Positions 57,882-64,000 of a stretch of 64,000 nt of DNA are shown piece by piece; position 1 is the stretch's first letter; every line of letters begins with the position of its first letter. A program made the position numbers and the translations under genes. Location of the stretch: contig OZ243042.1 in NCBI GenBank assembly GCA_965212085.1, positions 1,921,796-1,985,795 of the forward strand, written 5' to 3'. The notes under the pieces were generated by a model. It was not told the DNA's origin, ran no database searches, and saw nothing but the letters and a program-made list of their open reading frames with translations. This DNA is from Candidatus Poriferihabitaceae bacterium. Lineage in GTDB: Bacteria > Pseudomonadota > Gammaproteobacteria > Arenicellales > Poriferihabitantaceae.

Positions 57882-59999
57882 TCAGGCCGGGTGCTCCGCA
57901 AGCCCCAATGTTTTTTTGCGTTGGCTGCTCCACGACTGAATGATGCGGTCGGCGATGATGGCGATCAGCGCGATGCCCAGCCCGGCGACCAGGCCGAGGC
58001 CGGTATCCGCCTTGCTGAGGGCGATATAGACCGACTGCCCCAGCCCTTTGCTACCGACCAGGGCGGTGATTACCAGCATGGCCAGCGCGAACAATATGGT
58101 TTGGTTAAGCCCCAGCATAATTTCCGGAATCGCCAGCGGCATTTTCACCTCCCACAATAACTGCCGGGGCGTGCTACCCATGGACTCCGCCGCCTCCACG
58201 GTTTCTTTCGGCACGTTGCGCAGGCCGTGTTCGGTGTAGCGAATGGTCGGGACGATGGCGTAGGCGATGATGGCCAGGAAGGAAGTGAACTCGCCGATCT
58301 GAAAAAACATTAAAAACGGAATCAGGATTACGAACAGGGGCATGCTTTGCAAGGTGTCGTTGATGGGGCGCAAAAAATTCGACACCCGTTGACTGCGGCT
58401 CGCCCAGATGCCGAGGCCGCCGCCGAACACCAGGCACACGATCACCGCCGCCAGGCACATATACACCGACAGCATCGCCTGGGGCCAGATGCCGGTTAAC
58501 AGCATGAACAGCCAGCCGAAAAACGACAGCGCCGCCACCGACGCACCGCCGACCTGCCACGCCAGCAGGGTGGCGATTAATATGAACGGCAGCCACGGGG
58601 TGGCGGTGATGCCAAAGTAGAGCAGCCCGGCGATGATCACCACGGCGATGGCCGAACGCCAGCCGTGGCGGACGAACAACCAGCAGGCCAGGGCAAGCGC
58701 CAGGATTCCATAGCCCCAAATCATCGCCGGGGTCAGCGCAAACCCCCAGGAGAACGGCGCCACCGCTTTGGCGAAACCCACTTTGAGGGGCAGCAGGTAG
58801 TAAAAGAAGATGGTGTTTTTGAAGGCGTCTGTGACGCTCGAATAGTTGGCGGTAACGAAGCGCAGGCCGTCGTTGATGACCTCCGCCGGATAAAAAATCC
58901 ACGCTTCGGGGTAGATGCGCACGGCGGGCATGAACGCCGACAGCAGCACGATGATCGCCATCAGGGCCACGCTGATGAACCACGGTTGCAGGCGCCGCGC
59001 CCTGCCCAGGTGCCGGCGCTCAACGGCGCGGGCGCGGTCGGTGAAGCCCCAACTGATGCGGTCCAGCATCATCGCGATCAAGGCGATGACGATGCCCGCC
59101 AGCAGGCTTTGACCGAACTGCGCCTTGCGCATGGTGCTCAGCACTTCCCAGCCGATGTCGGCGGAGCCGCCGATGATGGCGGCGATGATCACCATGCTGA
59201 GCGCCGCCATGGTGGTCTGGTTGACGCCGATCATGATGTTCGGCAGCGCGCTCGGCACTTGCACCCACCAGAACAACTGGCGCTTGGTGGAGCCGCAGAT
59301 GATGCCGGATTCGAGCACGTCGTTCGGCACTTTTTGCAGTCCGAGTATGGTGTTGCGCACCATCGGCGGGCAGGCGTAGATGGCGCTCGCCACAACCCCC
59401 ACCACCGGCCCGAATCCGAACAACAGCAGGATGGGTATCAGGTAGGCGAAGGTCGGCACGGTCTGCATCAGGTCCAGTACCGGCTGCACGATTTTGTTGA
59501 TGCGCGCCGACTTATGCGCGCCGATGGCGAGAACGAAACCCGCGGCGATGGCCAGGGGAATGGACACGAACACGATGCCGAGGGTGTTCATGCTCGGCGA
59601 CCAGTAGCCGGTGAGCGCCATGTAGAAAAGCGCGAGCCCGGTGAATAATGACAGGCGCCAGCCCGATGAAACCCAGGCCAGCGCGCAAAAGCCGGCGATG
59701 GTGGCCGGCCACGGCAGCCATTGCAACAGCCCCTGTATGCCGGCCATGGGCCACGACAGCAGCCAGTTGATGGAGCGGAACAGCCACTTGAACGCGCCGA
59801 CAAACCAGTCCATGAAAACGTTGATCCAGGCGGCCACGGGAATCACCAGGTCGGCGGGCAGTTTGAGCAGCCACGGAACGCGCTCGCTCAGCCCCAGGCA
59901 GACCACGCTGATCAGGATGACCCCCAGCCACGGTGCCAGGCCGCGGTAGTTTTGCCGGGGCGGTTCGGGTGCGGGCGCGGGTGCGGATGCGGCGCGCAT
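57882..59999 (-). CDS. Betaine-type ABC transporter permease, fused double ProW-like domains
   Basis: 705 aa, many TM segments. Two copies of the ProW-type loop (ESGIICGSTKRQLFWWVQVPSALP and EAAESMGSTPRQLLWEVKMPLAIP). Confidence 0.85.
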   Translation of the reverse strand: MRAASAPAPAPEPPRQNYRGLAPWLGVILISVVCLGLSERVPWLLKLPADLVIPVAAWINVFMDWFVGAFKWLFRSINWLLSWPMAGIQGLLQWLPWPATIAGFCALAWVSSGWRLSLFTGLALFYMALTGYWSPSMNTLGIVFVSIPLAIAAGFVLAIGAHKSARINKIVQPVLDLMQTVPTFAYLIPILLLFGFGPVVGVVASAIYACPPMVRNTILGLQKVPNDVLESGIICGSTKRQLFWWVQVPSALPNIMIGVNQTTMAALSMVIIAAIIGGSADIGWEVLSTMRKAQFGQSLLAGIVIALIAMMLDRISWGFTDRARAVERRHLGRARRLQPWFISVALMAIIVLLSAFMPAVRIYPEAWIFYPAEVINDGLRFVTANYSSVTDAFKNTIFFYYLLPLKVGFAKAVAPFSWGFALTPAMIWGYGILALALACWLFVRHGWRSAIAVVIIAGLLYFGITATPWLPFILIATLLAWQVGGASVAALSFFGWLFMLLTGIWPQAMLSVYMCLAAVIVCLVFGGGLGIWASRSQRVSNFLRPINDTLQSMPLFVILIPFLMFFQIGEFTSFLAIIAYAIVPTIRYTEHGLRNVPKETVEAAESMGSTPRQLLWEVKMPLAIPEIMLGLNQTILFALAMLVITALVGSKGLGQSVYIALSKADTGLGLVAGLGIALIAIIADRIIQSWSSQRKKTLGLAEHPA

Positions 60000-61069
60000 C
60001 AGTCGCCGCCCGCGTCGCTCATGGCGGCGGCCATGGCATTGACCACCAGGCGCGGAGTCACGAAGCCGGCGTCCGCGCCGTCGCGTTGCACCAGCAGCCC
60101 TTCGGGATGGTCATTGAACAACGGCATGATTTCTTCGAGGGTCGCCGAGGCGTCTATGCGTTGGGCGGTTTTCTTGATGCCGTCCGCGGGCTTGCCGGGG
60201 TCGGCGATTTCGCCGGCGGTGATGATTCGTACCCTGGGCACGTCCTTGGTGAACTCGGCGACGTAGTCGTCGGCGGGATTCAGCACCAACTGCGCCGGCG
60301 CGCCGGTTTGCACGACCTGTCCGTCTTTCATGATGGCGATGCGGTCGGCGAGCCGCAGCGCTTCGAGAAAATCGTGGGTGATGAAGACGATGGTTTTATG
60401 CAGCAGTTTTTGCAGGCGCAGAAATTCATTCTGCATCTGCCGCCGAATCAGCGGGTCCAATGCGCTGAAAGGCTCGTCAAGAAACCATATCTCCGGCTCC
60501 ACCGCCAGGCTGCGGGCGATGCCGACGCGCTGTTGCTGGCCGCCGGAAAGCTGCCTCGGAAAGCTGTCTTCCCGGCCTTCCAGCCCCACCAGTTGGATGA
60601 CTTCCCGGGCGCGGGCTTCGCGTTTTTGCGGGGCGATGCCCTGCACCTTGAGGGGGAAGCAAATGTTTTCGAGCACGGTCAGGTGCGGCAGCAATCCGAA
60701 ATTCTGGAAAACCATCCCCATCTTGTGGCGGCGGAATTCGATCAGTTCTGCGTCGTTCAGGCGCAACAAATCCTCGCCGTCCATCAGCACCGCCCCGGCG
60801 GTGGGCTCTATCAGCCGCGACAGGCAGCGCACCACCGTGGACTTGCCCGAACCCGACAGGCCCATGATGACGAATATCTCGCCGGTGCGAACCTCAAAAC
60901 TGACGTTGCACACCGCGCCGATGTGATTCTTTGCCTCGAATTTTTCCCACAAACCACGGGTGTCGGCAACGTCCCCGTTGCTGTCCGTAAAAAACTGACC
61001 GGGGTTGTCGCCGTACACCTTCCACAGGTTTCGGCAGGATATTTTGACGGGGTTGTTCACCGTGTTCAT
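59999..61069 (-). CDS. Betaine-type ABC transporter ATP-binding protein (ProV-like)
   Basis: Walker [10 protein letters not shown], signature LSGGQQQRVGIARSL, Walker B IWFLDEPFSALD. Stop overlaps the permease ATG (ATGA). Confidence 0.9.
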   Translation of the reverse strand: MNTVNNPVKISCRNLWKVYGDNPGQFFTDSNGDVADTRGLWEKFEAKNHIGAVCNVSFEVRTGEIFVIMGLSGSGKSTVVRCLSRLIEPTAGAVLMDGEDLLRLNDAELIEFRRHKMGMVFQNFGLLPHLTVLENICFPLKVQGIAPQKREARAREVIQLVGLEGREDSFPRQLSGGQQQRVGIARSLAVEPEIWFLDEPFSALDPLIRRQMQNEFLRLQKLLHKTIVFITHDFLEALRLADRIAIMKDGQVVQTGAPAQLVLNPADDYVAEFTKDVPRVRIITAGEIADPGKPADGIKKTAQRIDASATLEEIMPLFNDHPEGLLVQRDGADAGFVTPRLVVNAMAAAMSDAGGD

Positions 61070-61110
61070 TCCGCGCCGCGCTTTATGATTTTTATTTTGT
61101 AACGGCTGAG

Positions 61111-61142
61111 CAAAAAAACGGCGATACTCAGAATATCGCCGT
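61111..61142 (-). terminator. Rho-independent terminator between the binding-protein gene and the ATPase gene
   Basis: On the minus strand: acggcgata-ttctgag-tatcgccgt (perfect 9-bp stem) followed by TTTTTTT. Lies 34 nt after the 61176 stop. Confidence 0.65.
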
Positions 61143-61175
61143 TTCCGATGTCCCAGGGTTCATCGCGCTTGCGGT

Positions 61176-62135
61176 TCACCGCAACGCCGCATCCACCCAC
61201 GGCTTCCAGGTTGCTTCGTTGGCATCCACCCAGGCGGCGACTTCGGCTTCGAGTTTTTTGCCGTCCTGATCGATGGCGTTCATCATCGGAATCTGATCGG
61301 CGTTTGTCAGGGTGTAGGCGGTCAGGAGTTTATGCGCCGCCGGCCACTTGTCGGCCAGCCCGGCCCACGCCATTTTCTTGATGTAGCCGCGCTCCCAGTC
61401 GCAATCCCAGGTCGCATCCGGGTTCACCCCCACCGCAGCGTTGTCCTGACAGCCCGCCTCAAATGGCGGCAAACTTACGTTGTCCAACGCCACCACCGCA
61501 AACAGCCAGTGCGGAGACCAGAACATCACCACCAGCGGCTCGTTGCGCGCCTCGGCGCCCTGAATCTCCGCCACCAACGCGCCTTCACTGCCCGCCGGCA
61601 CCGACGTGTAGTCCAGCCCCAGGCCGGCGATGCGGTCCACGTTGGAGGTTCCCCAGTCCGCCGGATAATCAACCAGGCGCCCCTTGGGAAAGGTTTCGGC
61701 ATTGGCAAACACGCCGACGCAATCGTTCAATGCCTTGTAGTCGGGCAGGCCCGGACATTTTTGTTTGGCGGCGTTGTTGAAGAACCACGATTCCACCGGC
61801 TTGAGGCCGAGGTCGCCGATCTCAACGACGTTGCCGGAGGCCAGCGCCTTGTCGTAGTGTTCGCCGATATTGGAACTCCATATTTCCATGGTGGCGGATA
61901 TGGTGTTGTCTTCCAGGGCCTGCATCTGCGGGTAGTAACCGGCGGTCACATACTCCACGTTATAGCCCATGCGTTTGAGTATTTCGCCGGCCACGTGGGT
62001 GGAGATGTGCTGGCCGGTCCATTCATTGACCGCCAGTTTGATGGGGTCGTTGGATTCGGGCACTTGCGCACGGGCAACCGCCGTCAGTCCGAGTGCCGCC
62101 ACGGTAATCACCGCCAAACAATTTCGTAATTTCAT
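61176..62135 (-). CDS. Betaine-type ABC transporter substrate-binding protein (OpuAC/ProX-like)
   Basis: Start moved to the ATG at 62135 (MKLRNCLAVITVAALGLTAVARA signal peptide). Same family features as 10295-11308 (e.g. NEWTGQHISTHVAGEIL). Confidence 0.85.
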   Translation of the reverse strand: MKLRNCLAVITVAALGLTAVARAQVPESNDPIKLAVNEWTGQHISTHVAGEILKRMGYNVEYVTAGYYPQMQALEDNTISATMEIWSSNIGEHYDKALASGNVVEIGDLGLKPVESWFFNNAAKQKCPGLPDYKALNDCVGVFANAETFPKGRLVDYPADWGTSNVDRIAGLGLDYTSVPAGSEGALVAEIQGAEARNEPLVVMFWSPHWLFAVVALDNVSLPPFEAGCQDNAAVGVNPDATWDCDWERGYIKKMAWAGLADKWPAAHKLLTAYTLTNADQIPMMNAIDQDGKKLEAEVAAWVDANEATWKPWVDAALR

Positions 62136-62288
62136 CGGGTATCCTCCAAATAGTATAAGTCGGGTATAGTCGAGTAGTTGGTTTGCCAATCCGTTCAGTA
62201 TAGTACACCGCCGGGGCAATGCAAACCATCGGCGTCATCAGCCCCCCCGGCTGGTTCCCGCACCGCATTATGCGCTAGTATCCGCGCC

Positions 62289-63629
62289 ATGAGCAAAATC
62301 CTGCACCGCCAGATCAATGCCGGCTTGCCGAACGCAGCCGGCGGCGAGGGGCCTTACCTGTTTGACGACAGCGGCAAACGCTACCTCGACGGTTCCGGCG
62401 GCGCGGCGGTGTCCTGTTTGGGGCACAATCACCCGGCGGTGGTTGAGGCGATGCGCGCGCAACTTTCGCAGCTCAGCTACGCCCATACTTCGTTTTTCAC
62501 CACCGAAAAACTGGAAGCCCTGGGCGAGCAGATGATCGAACACGCGCCGGATAATCTGAGCCACGTTTATTTTGTGTGCGGCGGTTCCGAAGCTATGGAA
62601 GCGGCGCTCAAACTGGCGCGCCAGTATTTCATCGAAACCGGCGAACCCCAGCGCACCCGTTTCATTTCCCGCCGCCAGAGTTATCACGGCAACACCCTCG
62701 GCGCGCTGGCGTTGGGCGGCAACGTGGTCCGCCGCGAACTATATGAACCGCTGCTCATGGACGGCGGCCGGATCGCGCCGTGCTACGCCTACCGCCACCG
62801 CAAGCCGGGGGAGTCGGAACGGGAATACGGTTTACGGGCCGCCGATGAACTTGAACAAAAAATTCTTGAACTCGGCGAAGACAATGTCATCGCCTTCGTC
62901 GCCGAGACCGTGGTCGGCGCCACCGCCGGCGTGGTGCCGCCGGTGGAAGGATACTTCAAGCGCATCCGCGAGATCTGCGACCGCTACGGCGTGCTCCTCA
63001 TCCTCGACGAAGTGATGTGCGGCATGGGCCGAACCGGCACCTTGTACGCCCACCAACAGGACGGCGTTCGCGCCGACTTGGTCACCGTCGCCAAAGGACT
63101 CGGCGGCGGCTACCAACCCATCGGCGCGACCCTCATGGACCGCCGCATCTACCGCGCCATAGCCGACGGCTCCGGCGCGTTTCAACACGGGCATACCTAC
63201 CTCGGCCACGCCTTGGCGGCGGCTGCGTCGCTGGCGGTGCAGCAGACCATTCAACGCGAGCATCTGCTGGACAACGTTCAACGGCGCAGCGCGGAGTTGT
63301 TCGCGCAGCTTCACCGGCAGTTTGACGACCATCCCCACGTCGGCGATATTCGCGGTCGCGGTTTGTTTATCGGCATTGAACTGGTGAAGCATCGGAATGA
63401 TACGACTGGCGCGACGCCCTTCGCCGATGACGCGCCGTTGCATTCGCGGCTCAAGCGCACGGCAATGGACAACGGCCTGATGATCTACCCCGGCAACGGC
63501 ACCATTGACGGCAGGCAGGGACACCACGTCCTGCTGGCGCCGGCGTTCATCTATGAGTCCGCCCACGTGGATGAGTTGGTGAGCAAATTGTCAAAATCCC
63601 TCGACGAAGCGATCGGCGGGCTTGCCTGA
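62289..63629 (+). CDS. Class III (omega) aminotransferase
   Basis: Start moved to the ATG at 62289 (MSKILHRQINAG). ILDEVMCGMGRTG and PLP lysine context DLVTVAKGLGGGY. Confidence 0.85.
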   Translation: MSKILHRQINAGLPNAAGGEGPYLFDDSGKRYLDGSGGAAVSCLGHNHPAVVEAMRAQLSQLSYAHTSFFTTEKLEALGEQMIEHAPDNLSHVYFVCGGSEAMEAALKLARQYFIETGEPQRTRFISRRQSYHGNTLGALALGGNVVRRELYEPLLMDGGRIAPCYAYRHRKPGESEREYGLRAADELEQKILELGEDNVIAFVAETVVGATAGVVPPVEGYFKRIREICDRYGVLLILDEVMCGMGRTGTLYAHQQDGVRADLVTVAKGLGGGYQPIGATLMDRRIYRAIADGSGAFQHGHTYLGHALAAAASLAVQQTIQREHLLDNVQRRSAELFAQLHRQFDDHPHVGDIRGRGLFIGIELVKHRNDTTGATPFADDAPLHSRLKRTAMDNGLMIYPGNGTIDGRQGHHVLLAPAFIYESAHVDELVSKLSKSLDEAIGGLA

Positions 63630-63656
63630 GGTTTGCTTGAACCGGCGGCTCAAATC

Positions 63657-64000
63657 CATGCGCGCTTCCCATACCCATACCGATACGCCGCAACCGTTGT
63701 TAATCGCCTCGGCTCCCAACGGCGCTTACAAAACCCGCGAAGACCATAACGCGTTGCCAATCACCGCCGCGCAACTTGCCGCCACCGCCGCCGCCGTCCA
63801 ACAAGCCGGCGCGCGCATGATCCACTTGCACGCGCGCGATGCCCACGGCAAACACACCCTCGACGCCGGCGCTTATCAAACCGCCGTCAAAGCGATACGC
63901 GCCCAGGCCGGCGATGATTTATTCATCCAACTCACCAGCGAAGCCGCCGGCGTTTATGACGCCGAACAGCAGCGGCGGGCGATGTATGCCGTCAGCGATG
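63657..64000 (+). CDS. 3-keto-5-aminohexanoate cleavage enzyme family (BKACE/DUF849), 3' end cut by window edge
   Basis: Not in the ORF track because there is no stop inside the window. My translation from the ATG at 63657: MRASHTHTDTPQPLLIASAPNGAYKTREDHNALPITAAQLAATAAAVQQAGARMIHLHARD. This is a typical BKACE N-terminus. Confidence 0.7.

Overview
High-GC (by eye about 65%, strongly GC3-biased) proteobacterial chromosomal segment, densely packed with housekeeping genes. In order: fdsB-fdsA formate dehydrogenase, a quinone oxidoreductase, rlmD, a candidate 6S RNA followed by 5-formyl-THF cyclo-ligase, an EVE-domain gene, a cyclophilin, a betaine-type ABC transporter, miaB-ybeZ-ybeY-lnt, bioY, acnB, mdh, yajQ, bamE, recN-nadK, hrcA, ettA, etfBA, malonyl-CoA decarboxylase and synthetase, and a 12-kb amine/osmolyte utilisation region with a second betaine-type ABC transporter. 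The main accessory element is a ~9.1-kb AT-rich island (22.3-31.5 kb) inserted between acnB and mdh. Its five genes have the motif content and architecture of an SspABCD-SspE phosphorothioate DNA modification/defence system: cysteine desulfurase, DUF4007-like protein, large P-loop ATPase, PP-loop PAPS-reductase-like enzyme and a DUF262+DUF1524 effector. No mobility genes accompany it. Other items worth a second look: a low-GC PD-(D/E)XK-like ORF wedged with zero spacing inside the fds operon; a modular family of palindromic mosaic repeats filling at least five intergenic regions, one of which occupies the usual corC position; an orphan Panacea(DUF4065)-type antitoxin gene; a low-GC patch of secreted proteins including an ankyrin-repeat protein; and in-frame short tandem repeats in several core genes. 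All family calls come from motifs and architecture read by eye. No database search was possible.
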